This document shows, one piece after another, positions 1 to 9,565 of a stretch of DNA of 38,907 bases. Positions within the stretch are counted from its first letter, which is position 1; each line of letters begins with the position of its first letter. The notes beneath the pieces are model-generated. The model saw nothing but the letters and a program-made list of their open reading frames with translations, did no database searches and was not told where the DNA came from. A program made the position numbers and the translations under genes. This DNA comes from Terriglobia bacterium (GTDB lineage Bacteria; Acidobacteriota; Terriglobia; 20CM-2-55-15), in NCBI GenBank assembly GCA_035712125.1, contig DASTBJ010000769.1, positions 1 to 38,907 of the forward strand, in the 5' to 3' direction.

Positions 1-374
1 GTTATGAAATGCCGGGCCGCCTCACGCGCCATCAACATGGCGCCGGTCAAATTCGTCGCCAGCACCGAATCGAAGTCGGATCGCTGCATCTCCATCAATG
101 GCTTGAAGATACCCTTGCCTGCATTGTTGACCAGGATATCGATATGACCGAATGTTCGAAGGACTTCGTCGTAAGTCCGCAGGACGTCAGCCTCGTTGCT
201 GACATCGGCCCGAACGGCAAGCGCACCCAGAGCCTGAGCGGTCTCGGCCAGCCTCTTCTCGTCCCGCCCGGTAACTGCGACTTTAGTGCCAGCGTCGAGA
301 AGCGATCTGGCAATGGCTCTGCCGATACCACTGGTGCCGCCAGTGACCAGCGCCGTCGCGCCACGTAGGTTCAT
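1..374 (-). CDS. SDR-family oxidoreductase, N-terminal ~124 codons (C-terminus runs off the left edge)
   Basis: Absent from the supplied ORF track because it is open to the window edge. My translation from ATG 374-372 reads MNLRGATALVTGGTSGIGRAIARSLLDAGTKVAVTGRDEKRL...HIDILVNNAGKGIF... This shows the TGxxxGIG Rossmann motif and the NNAG motif of classical SDRs. GGAGG lies 5 nt upstream of the ATG. Confidence 0.85.
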   Translation of the reverse strand, partial: MNLRGATALVTGGTSGIGRAIARSLLDAGTKVAVTGRDEKRLAETAQALGALAVRADVSNEADVLRTYDEVLRTFGHIDILVNNAGKGIFKPLMEMQRSDFDSVLATNLTGAMLMAREAARHFI

Positions 375-377
375 TTT

Positions 378-428
378 TTCCTCCAGAGGCATTCATTCTA
401 TATAATTCGCCAGGAAACGGGAGGATCT
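378..428. promoter_or_regulatory. Divergent promoter/RBS region between the SDR gene and the MIOX-like gene
   Basis: The 54-bp intergenic spacer has TATATAAT at 399-406, which reads as a -10 box on either strand. GGGAGG (419-424) lies 4 nt before ATG 429. No convincing -35 element. Confidence 0.35.
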
Positions 429-1250
429 ATGGAGATCGATCGCCGACTTTTTATCGCGAGTCTGGGCGGAATGGCCGCCATGAAGGCAATGAGTCACGAA
501 GCGAGAGCCGAGGCCCTTGAGGCGTATATGGTCCAGCAACTGAACGCCGCGCCCAGCCCGGCAGTTTCGCCGAAATTTCCCACAGCCGCGGAGATCGAGG
601 CGCAGATTGAGACCCGTTTCTATCGGCGGGGTGTGGGGAACCTGTTCCTGACGACCCAGCCGAACGGAAAGGTCAAGAAACTCGAGTCCATGCCGGCAAA
701 GCCGACACTCGTCGATTTCTTCAAATTGCGATTTACCGCGACGGCTAATCACTGCTTCCAAAGCGCGAGCCGCGCCATGAAGAACAAGATGAGCGATGAA
801 GTCGTGCTGGCGTGCCTGCTGCACGACACGGTCCAGGAAATCATGAAGTCGGACCACGGTTACTGGGGAGCGCAGATGTATGAGCCCTACGTCCCCGAAA
901 AGACCAGCTTCGCGATTCGCTACCACCAGGCTCTGCGATTTTTTCCGGACAAGGAACATGGCTATGAGTACCCGGATCTTTACCGGAGGATCTTCGGTGA
1001 GGATTACGTGCCCCTGCCCCACATGCAGGCGGATTACAAGATGCTGAAGAATCACAAATGGTATCTGGAACCCCGGATGGTCACGGTCAATGACCTCTAT
1101 GCATTCGAACCAGGCGTGGTCTTGAGCATCGAGCCGTTTCTCGAAATTATCGGCAAACACTTCAAACAACCCAGGGAAGGTCTGGGCAACGATGGGAGCC
1201 CTGTGGCTCACATGTGGCGGACGATCGCCATGCCGGACAACCCGCTGTAG
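429..1250 (+). CDS. Tat-signal MIOX-like (myo-inositol oxygenase family) HD-domain di-iron oxygenase homologue
   Basis: N-terminus MEIDRRLFIASLGGMAAMKAMSHEARA has a twin-arginine motif, a hydrophobic stretch and an AxA site. Ligand-bearing motifs run in MIOX order: ANHCFQSA, LLHD, SDHGYW, AIRYHQALRFF, VNDLYAF. Compare MIOX FHAFQTA, LLHDLGK, GHDEY, IRFHSFYPWH, FDLYTK. A good RBS is present. Confidence 0.65.
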   Translation: MEIDRRLFIASLGGMAAMKAMSHEARAEALEAYMVQQLNAAPSPAVSPKFPTAAEIEAQIETRFYRRGVGNLFLTTQPNGKVKKLESMPAKPTLVDFFKLRFTATANHCFQSASRAMKNKMSDEVVLACLLHDTVQEIMKSDHGYWGAQMYEPYVPEKTSFAIRYHQALRFFPDKEHGYEYPDLYRRIFGEDYVPLPHMQADYKMLKNHKWYLEPRMVTVNDLYAFEPGVVLSIEPFLEIIGKHFKQPREGLGNDGSPVAHMWRTIAMPDNPL

Positions 1251-1253
1251 GTT

Positions 1254-1616
1254 ATGGCGACGCTTATCCCCACACCCGCGATCATCAAGGCTGCCGGCAA
1301 CAAGCCGAAGATCATCGAGGAATACATCGGTCGTGTGAACAGCATGACTTCGTCGGTCAGCATTGCAAAGATGCAGAGTCCGACAGGATGGGTGGAACCT
1401 GGCCAGAAGCCCGAGTTCGATGAGTTTACTGTGGTGCTGAAGGGCATGCTTCGCGTCGAGACGGCAGGCGAGACGCTCGACGTCCGAGCTGGCCAGGCTG
1501 TCATTGCCCATCGCGGCGAATGGGTTCAGTACAGCTCCCCCGAAGAAGGCGGTGCAGAGTATGTCGCAATCTGCTTGCCGGCGTTTTCGCTGGAGACGGT
1601 GCATCGGGACAGCTGA
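1254..1616 (+). CDS. Small cupin-fold protein
   Basis: 120 aa, starting 3 nt after the preceding stop. The beta-rich pattern ...EFDEFTVVLKGMLRVETAGETLDVRAGQAVIAHRGEWVQYS... is typical of single-domain cupins. The canonical GX5HXH metal motif is not evident. Confidence 0.55.
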   Translation: MATLIPTPAIIKAAGNKPKIIEEYIGRVNSMTSSVSIAKMQSPTGWVEPGQKPEFDEFTVVLKGMLRVETAGETLDVRAGQAVIAHRGEWVQYSSPEEGGAEYVAICLPAFSLETVHRDS

Positions 1617-1646
1617 TCTTGAAGAAACCAACAAGGAGCGGTATCC

Positions 1647-2678
1647 ATGATGAACAATACGCGAATCAGCCTTTGCGCATTATTAATCGTACTGTCGGTT
1701 GCCGCTGTTTCTGTTATTGGCGCGGCGCCCGATCCGAATAACCCCACAGGCACATCGGGTCTGATCATGATCGACAAACGCGGCGGGTATGTGCGCTTCT
1801 TCGATCCCGCGACGCTGAAGGAAGTCAGTAGTCTTCAAACCGAAGCGCCGCCGCATGAACTCGCAATTTCAGCGGATCACCGGACGGCTTACGTTCCGCT
1901 CTATGGCGATGGCGTGTATGGGAACAATCCGAATCCGGGTCACAAGATTGTCGTCATCGATCTCACCACTCGCAAGATCAGCAGCACGATCGATGTCTCG
2001 CCCTATCTGGCACCCCACGGATTGCAGGTCGATAATAATGGCCTGCTTTACGCTTCCTGTGATTCGAGTCGAAAGTTGCTTGTGATCGATCCAAAGTCCG
2101 GCAAGACCCTGGCGGCGATTGATACCGACGGAACAGGACATTGGGCCGCGGTACTGCCCGATGGCAGCAAAGCGTATGTCGCTAACAAGAATGACCGGAT
2201 GTTTGTCAGCATCATCGATTTGAAGGCAAGAAAGATGATCGGGCGTGTGCCTATGCCTAAAGGCACACAGGGAATTACGGCGTCACCGGATGGAAAGCGT
2301 GTGATCGCGATCGACTTCACGGACCCGAAGTTCTACGTCATCGACACGGCCACCGACAAGATCGTGGACACGGTCACCGTCGACAGAAACACCATCGGCC
2401 CGTTTCGAGCGCGATATTCTCCGGATGGCGCCACGCTGATGACCGTGAATCACATGAACGCGCTGGCAAACATTTTTGATGCAAAGAACCTGCACGCATC
2501 GCAGAAGACGCTGACGGTTGGGCAGCAGGCGTTCGGTATCGCCTTTTCGGCAGATGGAAAGACGGCGCTGGTTTCGAATCATGGGGACGGCACGATTTCC
2601 GTGATTGATATGACGAAGAGTCAGGTCAGCAAGACGTTCACGGCGGGCACCGGAATCGAAACCCTGGCGTATTACTGA
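1647..2678 (+). CDS. Secreted YVTN-family beta-propeller repeat protein
   Basis: Signal peptide MMNNTRISLCALLIVLSVAAVSVIGA. Repeated units of the form ...PHGLxxxxDGxxxYVxN.....vsVID... Confidence 0.8.
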   Translation: MMNNTRISLCALLIVLSVAAVSVIGAAPDPNNPTGTSGLIMIDKRGGYVRFFDPATLKEVSSLQTEAPPHELAISADHRTAYVPLYGDGVYGNNPNPGHKIVVIDLTTRKISSTIDVSPYLAPHGLQVDNNGLLYASCDSSRKLLVIDPKSGKTLAAIDTDGTGHWAAVLPDGSKAYVANKNDRMFVSIIDLKARKMIGRVPMPKGTQGITASPDGKRVIAIDFTDPKFYVIDTATDKIVDTVTVDRNTIGPFRARYSPDGATLMTVNHMNALANIFDAKNLHASQKTLTVGQQAFGIAFSADGKTALVSNHGDGTISVIDMTKSQVSKTFTAGTGIETLAYY

Positions 2679-3949
2679 ACGCCCGACAACGAAAGCAGCG
2701 TCAGCATGACGAGGTTGATTCCCCGCACGCTGTTCCCCTTTTCGATGTTTATCCACTCGTCCAGCGCGTGCGCTCTGCCGCCAGTCCCTCCGGAATCCAG
2801 CGTGATGGCCGGCACACCAAGGCTGATCGGTATATTCGCGTCGGTGCTGCCGACGCTGTAGGTGGGATACAGTCCAAACTTGTTCGCAGCGGCGGTAGCA
2901 AGTTTGACAATGGGAGAATCCAGCGGTGTCATTCCGGATGGTCGTTCGCCGATGACTTTTGCCTCGACGTCGATCTTTCCCTGGGTAGTAGATCGCGTGC
3001 GATTTTCATCGTCTGCAGCAGCGCGAACCTGGCGGATAAATTCTTCCGCCAGTTTGTCGAGTTGCTGCGGTGATTCGGACCGCAGATCCACGTCCATCCA
3101 GACCTCGTTCGGTATGGAGTTAACGGATGTGCCGCCGCCGATAACGCCTACGTTGTAGGTCGTCCGTGGCGAGGAAGGCACGGAAATCTTCGACACCCGA
3201 TCGATCGCCTTGGCCATTGCGTACGAGGGATTCACGAGTCCGAACGCGCCGTAGCTGTGCCCGCCGGGACCCCGAAATACGACTCTATAGCGGCGGCTTC
3301 CGAGCGCACCGGTCACGATATCGCTGCCGCTTCCGGCGCCATCGACCGAAATGAACATCCGGATCCGGTCCTTATACTTGCCCTTCTGGAACAGATACCG
3401 CATTCCCCTCAAATCACCGGGGCCCTCTTCGCCGACGTCTCCAACGAAAAGGATATCGCCGGTGGTTTGTATGTTCGCGCTGTCGAGGGCACGGATCATC
3501 GCCAGAAGCACTGCCAGACTCCGGGAGTTGTCACCCACCCCCGGTCCAAGAAGTCGGTTGCCTTCACGCCGCACCTGAAGTTCGGTCCCTTCCGGAAAAA
3601 CGGTGTCGAGGTGCGCGGCGATAGCGATGAGGGGACCGGACCCGCTGCCTTTTCTCAGCCCCAGTACATTCCCCTCAGGGTCGATTTCAACGTTCGCGAG
3701 TCCACTGTCCCGCATCATTTGGGCGAAAATTTTTGCCCGCTCCGCTTCCTTAAAGGGAGGGGCCGGGACTTCTGTAATGGCAATGATTTCGCGGATGATG
3801 CGGTCGTGATCCGAGTCGACGAACTGTTGCGCTGTTCTAACGGCCGAACTGTTGGAAATCCGATCGACGACGGCTTGTGGCGTCTGCGCGCCTGCGGTGG
3901 AAACGCACGCGAACCAGAGGCCGACAGCCAGGCTAGTTGCGATCTTCAT
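2672..3949 (-). CDS. Secreted M20-family metallopeptidase (peptidase T-like)
   Basis: Motifs AHLDTVFPEG, GPGVGDNSRS and VGDVGEEGPGDLRG. I prefer ATG 3949 ([22 protein letters not shown] signal peptide) over the TTG at 3979 in the ORF track. It overlaps the pyrC 3' end by 17 nt. Confidence 0.8.
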   Translation of the reverse strand: MKIATSLAVGLWFACVSTAGAQTPQAVVDRISNSSAVRTAQQFVDSDHDRIIREIIAITEVPAPPFKEAERAKIFAQMMRDSGLANVEIDPEGNVLGLRKGSGSGPLIAIAAHLDTVFPEGTELQVRREGNRLLGPGVGDNSRSLAVLLAMIRALDSANIQTTGDILFVGDVGEEGPGDLRGMRYLFQKGKYKDRIRMFISVDGAGSGSDIVTGALGSRRYRVVFRGPGGHSYGAFGLVNPSYAMAKAIDRVSKISVPSSPRTTYNVGVIGGGTSVNSIPNEVWMDVDLRSESPQQLDKLAEEFIRQVRAAADDENRTRSTTQGKIDVEAKVIGERPSGMTPLDSPIVKLATAAANKFGLYPTYSVGSTDANIPISLGVPAITLDSGGTGGRAHALDEWINIEKGNSVRGINLVMLTLLSLSGVQ

Positions 3950-5198
3950 AGACGACCCTGCCGCCAACGATTGTACCAACGGCTTTGCCTTTCAGTTGCC
4001 AACCATCGAAAGGCGAATTGCGACTTTTCGAGCGAGACCGGGTTACATCAAACTTCCATTGCCGGCCTGGATCCAGAATGGTCAGATGCGCATCGCTTCC
4101 CTCAAAGATACCCCACTTTTGCACTCTCATGATTTTCTGGGGATTCAGGGAAAACAGCTCAATCGCACGCGACAGAGACAACTTCAGTTGCGTCAGGGCC
4201 AGTCCGACAGCCGTCTCCAGCCCGGTAATGCCGAAGGGTGCTCTATCGAACTCCAGCATCTTGAGATTCACATGATGGGGCGCATGATCGCTGGCGATGA
4301 CATCAATTGTACCGTCCGTGACCCCGGCGTGCAGAGCATTCACATCATCCTGAGTGCGCAGCGGCGGATTCATTTTGGCGTTCGTGTCGTACTCGGAGAC
4401 GGCGGCATCCGTAAGCGTGAAGTGATGGGGCGTCACTTCTGCCGTGATCTTCATACCCTGCGCCTTGGCTGCCCGTACCATTTCGACCGCCCGGCGGGTG
4501 CTCAAATGTGCGACATGGTATTTTCCGCCGGTCATTTCCGCCAGGATGAGATCGCGTGACACCATCGTGTCTTCCGCGGCGGCGGGCATGCCTTTGAGCC
4601 CAAGTCGAGTTGACATCGCGCCCTCATTCATCACTCCGCCCCTGGAAAGGTTCAGATCCTCGCAGTGCTGGATGACGGGGAGGTCGAATAGTTGAGCGTA
4701 TTCCAGGGCGCGCCGAAACAGGCGGCCGTCCATGACGGGTTTCCCGTCGTCGGAAATGCCGGCGATCCCCGCCTCAACCATCTCGCCGATCTCAGCCAGC
4801 GTTTCGCCCTTCTGTTCCTTCGTGATGGCGCCTATAGGGAACACCAGCGCAGGTGACGCCCGCCGCGCTTCCGCGCAGATATAGGCGGTAATGGACGGAT
4901 TATCATTTGGCGGCTTCGTGTTGGGCATTGCGGCGACCGCAACAAACCCCCCCGCGACCGCAGCGGCGCCTCCAGTGGCAATCGTCTCCGCTTCTTCGGT
5001 TCCGGGTTCACGGAGATGCACATGGATGTCGAAGAACCCGGGGGCCACGACGAAACCTGTCGCATCGAACTTCGGAACGTCGGCATTATCGATTTTGCCG
5101 ATAGAGCGTATCTTGCCGTCGCGAATGAGAATGTCGGTGACAATGTCCATCTTCCGGGCAGGATCCACAACGCGGCCATTCTTTACGAGCAGGTTCAC
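3933..5198 (-). CDS. pyrC: Dihydroorotase
   Basis: 421 aa. [10 protein letters not shown] metal-binding motif and an amidohydrolase pattern throughout. 4-nt overlap with pyrB upstream. Confidence 0.9.
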   Translation of the reverse strand: MNLLVKNGRVVDPARKMDIVTDILIRDGKIRSIGKIDNADVPKFDATGFVVAPGFFDIHVHLREPGTEEAETIATGGAAAVAGGFVAVAAMPNTKPPNDNPSITAYICAEARRASPALVFPIGAITKEQKGETLAEIGEMVEAGIAGISDDGKPVMDGRLFRRALEYAQLFDLPVIQHCEDLNLSRGGVMNEGAMSTRLGLKGMPAAAEDTMVSRDLILAEMTGGKYHVAHLSTRRAVEMVRAAKAQGMKITAEVTPHHFTLTDAAVSEYDTNAKMNPPLRTQDDVNALHAGVTDGTIDVIASDHAPHHVNLKMLEFDRAPFGITGLETAVGLALTQLKLSLSRAIELFSLNPQKIMRVQKWGIFEGSDAHLTILDPGRQWKFDVTRSRSKSRNSPFDGWQLKGKAVGTIVGGRVVYEDRN

Positions 5199-6130
5199 GA
5201 ACTCTGGCCTCCCAGCATCAAAAACAGAATCGCCATCCGGACCGCGACACCGGCGGAAACCTGATCCAGGATCACGGAGTAAGGACCATCGGCGACATCT
5301 GTGGCGATCTCGACGCCGCGATTCATCGGGCCGGGATGCATAATGATTGCTTCCGGCCTTGCACGTTCCACCTTCGCCCGCGTCAAACCATAGTATCGAA
5401 AGTACTCCCGCACCGAGGGAAAGAACGATTCATCCATTCGCTCGAACTGGACACGAAGCATCATGATGACGTCGGCACCGTCCAGAGCCGCTTCCATCGA
5501 AGTAGTCCGATGAAGGAACTCTCGGTTTTCTGTAAGTCCATCACTTCCCACGGGCATGAGTGTCGGAGCCGAGCACAGCCAGACGTGTGAACCCCACTTT
5601 GTCAAAAGGTGGGCGTTGGACCTCGCCACGCGGCTATGGGCGATGTCACCGACAATTGCCACCTTCAGTCCGTCCAGTTTGCCTTTGCGTTGCCGGATAG
5701 TGAGCGCATCGAGCAGTGCCTGGGTCGGATGTTCGTGAGATCCATCTCCCGCATTGACGACGCGCGCTTTCGTCATGCGCGCTATAGTGTGCGGCGCTCC
5801 TGATGAACTGTGCCGGATAACGACACAGTCTGCCGCCATGGCATCCAGCGTCCTGGCGGTATCGATCAGCGTTTCGCCCTTGGAGACGCTGCTGGTCGAC
5901 GCCGTGACATTGACAACGTCGGCGGACAGGCGCTTGCCGGCAATTTCAAAGGATGTCCGCGTTCGCGTTGACGCTTCGAAGAACAGGTTGATGACGGTCT
6001 TTCCTCGTAACGTCGGAACTTTTTTGATCGGTCGTGTCGAAATTTCCTGGAGCGTCTCGGCGGTGTCCAAAATCTCCAGGATTTCTTCGCGGGTGAGGTC
6101 CTGGATTCCGAGGAGATCTTTTCGCTTCAC
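5195..6130 (-). CDS. pyrB: Aspartate carbamoyltransferase catalytic subunit
   Basis: 311 aa with STRTRTSFE and HPTQALLD motifs. 4-nt overlap with pyrR. Confidence 0.95.
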   Translation of the reverse strand: MKRKDLLGIQDLTREEILEILDTAETLQEISTRPIKKVPTLRGKTVINLFFEASTRTRTSFEIAGKRLSADVVNVTASTSSVSKGETLIDTARTLDAMAADCVVIRHSSSGAPHTIARMTKARVVNAGDGSHEHPTQALLDALTIRQRKGKLDGLKVAIVGDIAHSRVARSNAHLLTKWGSHVWLCSAPTLMPVGSDGLTENREFLHRTTSMEAALDGADVIMMLRVQFERMDESFFPSVREYFRYYGLTRAKVERARPEAIIMHPGPMNRGVEIATDVADGPYSVILDQVSAGVAVRMAILFLMLGGQSS

Positions 6131-6669
6131 GCTTTTTCCATCACATAGATTGCGTCTTCGCCGTCTACTTCCGTCAGCCGGACTTCGACAACTTCGGTAT
6201 CTTTCGTGGCAATCCTTTTGCCGATGAAATTGGCTTCGACGGGGATCTCGCGGTGCCCACGATCCACAAACACCGCCAACTGTATGGTTCGCATTCGTCC
6301 GAAGTCGATCAACGCCCGGAGCGCGGCGCCCACCGTACGTCCGGTGTAGAGGACATCGTCCACGAGTATGACGTCCTTGTCGTCGATATCCGGAGGAATC
6401 TCGGTTCTACGGACGACGGGTTGAGTCGCGACTTTTGTCAAATCATCCCGATATAAATTGATATCGAGCATTCCCATCTCGGGCCGTTGTCCCGTTCTGG
6501 CCAGGATATGTTCGGCCATTCGCTGGGCCATTGGAATGCCCCGGCGTTGTATGCCGAGGAGCACGACATGCCGGCCGGCATTGGCCGACACGATCTGATC
6601 CGCGAGAGTCTGCAATGTGCCACGCACTTCGGCTGCTGTCATGAGTTGATAGCTCAGCTTCAGTGTCAT
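6127..6669 (-). CDS. pyrR: Bifunctional pyrimidine operon regulator / uracil phosphoribosyltransferase PyrR
   Basis: 180 aa. PRPP-binding loop [13 protein letters not shown] and a typical PyrR N-terminus. First gene of pyrR-pyrB-pyrC. Confidence 0.9.
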   Translation of the reverse strand: MTLKLSYQLMTAAEVRGTLQTLADQIVSANAGRHVVLLGIQRRGIPMAQRMAEHILARTGQRPEMGMLDINLYRDDLTKVATQPVVRRTEIPPDIDDKDVILVDDVLYTGRTVGAALRALIDFGRMRTIQLAVFVDRGHREIPVEANFIGKRIATKDTEVVEVRLTEVDGEDAIYVMEKA

Positions 6670-6679
6670 GGTCGCGGAG

Positions 6680-6694
6680 ATTATATGCTAAATT
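6680..6694. promoter_or_regulatory. Back-to-back -10 boxes in the 37-bp pyrR/pyrD spacer (possible leaderless transcripts)
   Basis: Minus strand: TATAAT (6685-6680), 10 nt before pyrR ATG 6669. Plus strand: extended -10 TGcTAAATT (6686-6694), 12 nt before pyrD ATG 6707. No Shine-Dalgarno precedes either ATG and there are no clear -35 boxes. Confidence 0.4.
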
Positions 6695-6706
6695 CCGGTA
6701 GCCCAT

Positions 6707-7627
6707 ATGAGCCAGGTGCCCGATCTGACGGCGGAATTCGCCGGGATTCGTTTGAAAAGCCCTGTCATTGCTGCCAGCGGCACGTTTGGTTATGGTGAAG
6801 AATTCAAACGGTTTCTAGACCTGAAACGTATCGGTGCCGTGGTCGTGAAGGGAACTTCGGCCAGGCCGATTGCCGGAAACCAGCCACCCCGCCTCTTTCC
6901 GACCGCTTCCGGAATGATCAATTCGATAGGCCTCGAGAACGTTGGCGTCGACGCGTTCATTCGGGACAAAATGCCCGCCCTTCGCGAAGTCGGATGCAGC
7001 GTCTTCGTGAATGTGTTCGGATTTGCCGAAGAGGAATATGCGGAAGTTATCGATAAGCTGAATGGATGTGACGGCATCACGGCGTACGAGCTGAATATCT
7101 CCTGCCCGAATACAAAGCACGGGGGCATGACTTTCGGAACCAACGCGCAGCTGACTCACAGCCTCACGAAGATGTTGAGAGCTCGCTCAAAACGTCCGTT
7201 GATCGTCAAGATGTCACCGAACGTCACCGATATCGCCGAACTTGCGCGCGCTGCTGAGGATGCGGGCGCGGACGCGCTTACAGTGGCCAACACGTATGTC
7301 GCGATGGCGATTGACACGGAAACCTTCCTGCCCCGGATTCATACGGTCACGGGCGGGCTTTCCGGCCCTGCAATCAAGCCGATCACGCTTCGGCTGGTTT
7401 ACCAATGCGTTCGCGCAGTAAAGATCCCCATCATCGGCCTTGGCGGAATCTACACCGCCGAAGATGCGGTGGAATACTTTCTTGCCGGAGCCAGCGCTGT
7501 TCAGATTGGAACCGCTAACTTCCAGGACCCCAGGGCGCCGCTGCGTGTTCTCGATGGCCTGGAAAAGTTCATGGCGCGTCGCGGCTTTTCTTCCCTGAAA
7601 GACTTAATCGGAAAGATGAAAGCATGA
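6707..7627 (+). CDS. pyrD: Dihydroorotate dehydrogenase, class 1 (Cys active-site base)
   Basis: 306 aa with IAASGTFGYG, NISCPNTKHGG and GGLSGPAIKP motifs. No pyrK-like partner is adjacent. Confidence 0.9.
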   Translation: MSQVPDLTAEFAGIRLKSPVIAASGTFGYGEEFKRFLDLKRIGAVVVKGTSARPIAGNQPPRLFPTASGMINSIGLENVGVDAFIRDKMPALREVGCSVFVNVFGFAEEEYAEVIDKLNGCDGITAYELNISCPNTKHGGMTFGTNAQLTHSLTKMLRARSKRPLIVKMSPNVTDIAELARAAEDAGADALTVANTYVAMAIDTETFLPRIHTVTGGLSGPAIKPITLRLVYQCVRAVKIPIIGLGGIYTAEDAVEYFLAGASAVQIGTANFQDPRAPLRVLDGLEKFMARRGFSSLKDLIGKMKA

Positions 7628-8316
7628 AAGACAAAATCTGTCTTGTTCTCGACATCAGCAGTCGCAGGGAAGCGATGGATCTTGTGCGACTGCTTCACGA
7701 GGCTGTTGGAATGTTCAAGGTCGGTATGCAGCTGTTCACTGCTGAAGGACCTGCACTCGTCCGAGAAATCATCGAGACCGGCGGCAAGGTTTTTCTCGAT
7801 CTGAAATTTCACGACATTCCCAACACAGTTAAGAATGCCGCGGTCGAAGCTGCGCGACTCGGTGTTTCCATGATGACCATCCACACTGCCGGAGGGGCGG
7901 CAATGATGCAGGCTGTTAACTCCGAATTGCGCAACAAGTTCGGAGACACAAAGCCTCTCGTGGTCGGGGTTACTGTATTGACCAGCCTCGATGAAGCCTC
8001 CCTCCAGCAAATCGGAGTCGGGTCTGGAATGGACGCGCAGGTCTTGCGGTTGGCCCGGCTCGCCGAAAGTAGCGGTTTGGACGGAGTCGTATGCTCTCCT
8101 CGGGAGATCACGATGATCCGTGGGGCCGTCGCTCCAGGTTTCCGGATCGTTACTCCCGGCATACGCCTGCCCACTCAGTCGGTGGACGACCAGCAGAGGA
8201 CAGCAACACCGCATGAAGCGATCGCCGCAGGGGCGGACTTCATTGTCGTGGGACGAGTTGTGACAAATGCTCCGAACCCTCGCGTCGCTCTGGAGGGCTT
8301 GGTAAAGGGACTCTGA
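7624..8316 (+). CDS. pyrF: Orotidine 5'-phosphate decarboxylase
   Basis: 230 aa with the FLDLKFHDIPNT motif. ATGA overlap with pyrD. Confidence 0.9.
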   Translation: MKDKICLVLDISSRREAMDLVRLLHEAVGMFKVGMQLFTAEGPALVREIIETGGKVFLDLKFHDIPNTVKNAAVEAARLGVSMMTIHTAGGAAMMQAVNSELRNKFGDTKPLVVGVTVLTSLDEASLQQIGVGSGMDAQVLRLARLAESSGLDGVVCSPREITMIRGAVAPGFRIVTPGIRLPTQSVDDQQRTATPHEAIAAGADFIVVGRVVTNAPNPRVALEGLVKGL

Positions 8317-8324
8317 GGATTCAG

Positions 8325-9554
8325 TTAACGCCTGGGAACGAGCTTCAAGATCCGGCCCGGATTTGTTTCTGCGAGAACATACAGAGCGCCATCCGGACCC
8401 TGCCTGACGTTTCGAATCCGTGAACGCGGTTGAAGGTCGGTGAGTAATCGTTCTTCACCCGTGACTTTCTCCCCGTCGATGCTCAGCCGAGCCAGGTGTT
8501 GCCCGCCGAGGGACCCAATGAACAAGCTTCCCTGCCAGGCAGGAAACAGCGAGCCGTTGTAGAACGTCATTCCACCCGGAGCGATCACGGGATCCCAGTA
8601 ATAGCGCGGCTGCTCCATTCCTTCCTTTGCCTGAATCCCGCCTGTTATCGGGCCTCCACGATATTCGATGCCATACGCGATCGTCGGCCATCCGTAGTCC
8701 TTGCCCTTACGCGGGATATTCAGTTCGTCGCCGCCTCGTGTTCCGTGTTCGATAGACCAGAGTTCCCCCGTGCCTGGATGGAGAGTGGCCCCCTGGACGT
8801 TTCGGTGACCGATCGACCAGATCTCCGCTCGTACACCCTCTTTGCCCACGAAGGGGTTATCCCGCGGAATCGAGCCATCCGCATTGATGCGGACAATCTT
8901 GCCCAACAGGCTATCCATCTTCTGCGCCTGCATGCGACCCTCTGTAATCGACCGATCGCCCTGCGTAACAAACAACGTTCCGTCCCGGTTCCAAACCAGT
9001 CGGCTGCCGAAGTGTGCTGTAGAGTTCAAAGAGGGAGCCTGGTGGTAGATGACCTGTGCATTGTCCACGCGCGGCGCTGCGCCATCCACCAGCTTTCCCC
9101 GACCCACGGCTGTATTGTTGGCGCCGCCCTCCCTTGGCTCTGAGAAGCTCCAATAGATAAGTTGGTTGGTTGCGAAGTTCGGATCAAGGGCGATATCGAG
9201 CAAACCGCCCTGCCCGCGAGCATCGACGGCAGGAAGACCTGTTACGGGGGGCGAAAGTTTCCCGTCTGGTTCAACAATTCGTAGACGGCCAACTCGCTCC
9301 GTCACCAGCATCCGGCCCCCCGGTAAAAACGTCAAACCCCAGGGCCCTTCCAGCCCGCTGACCACTGTGACGACATCGAAGGCCACGTTCAGTTTCTGTT
9401 CCGGTGCGCGCGTCTGGCCGGCAAATGCAGGGGATTGGCCGGCGCCGTTCGGTGGGCGTGTTTCAACGCTCGCCTGCTGCGCGAAGATGTTCAGTTGCCA
9501 CACGAGGGCAAACACAATCGGCGCAAGCGCAAGAAGAACCATGGATCTCTTCAT
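8325..9554 (-). CDS. Secreted PQQ-dependent sugar dehydrogenase (soluble glucose/sorbosone dehydrogenase family), copy 1
   Basis: Signal peptide. Motifs [36 protein letters not shown] and YGWPTIAYG, typical of this beta-propeller family. Confidence 0.85.
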   Translation of the reverse strand: MKRSMVLLALAPIVFALVWQLNIFAQQASVETRPPNGAGQSPAFAGQTRAPEQKLNVAFDVVTVVSGLEGPWGLTFLPGGRMLVTERVGRLRIVEPDGKLSPPVTGLPAVDARGQGGLLDIALDPNFATNQLIYWSFSEPREGGANNTAVGRGKLVDGAAPRVDNAQVIYHQAPSLNSTAHFGSRLVWNRDGTLFVTQGDRSITEGRMQAQKMDSLLGKIVRINADGSIPRDNPFVGKEGVRAEIWSIGHRNVQGATLHPGTGELWSIEHGTRGGDELNIPRKGKDYGWPTIAYGIEYRGGPITGGIQAKEGMEQPRYYWDPVIAPGGMTFYNGSLFPAWQGSLFIGSLGGQHLARLSIDGEKVTGEERLLTDLQPRSRIRNVRQGPDGALYVLAETNPGRILKLVPRR

Positions 9555-9565
9555 CGGTGTACTCC

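Noticed and set aside
9-368. 119-aa plus-strand ORF, and the 89-aa minus-strand ORF at 95-364, at the left edge
   Set aside because: The third minus-strand frame, not listed in the track, encodes a clear SDR with TGGTSGIG and NNAG motifs. The listed ORFs are out-of-frame shadows.
382-390. UCCAGAGGC resembling the PyrR-binding loop core (UCCAGAGAGG)
   Set aside because: It lacks the full motif and a supporting hairpin. It also lies 6 kb from the pyr genes, between unrelated genes, so it is probably chance.
393-1634. 413-aa ORF on the minus strand spanning two plus-strand genes
   Set aside because: It is an antisense shadow ORF, typical of GC-rich DNA. It has an Arg/His/Leu-rich composition with no motifs, and it crosses the stop/start junction of the well-supported MIOX-like and cupin genes.
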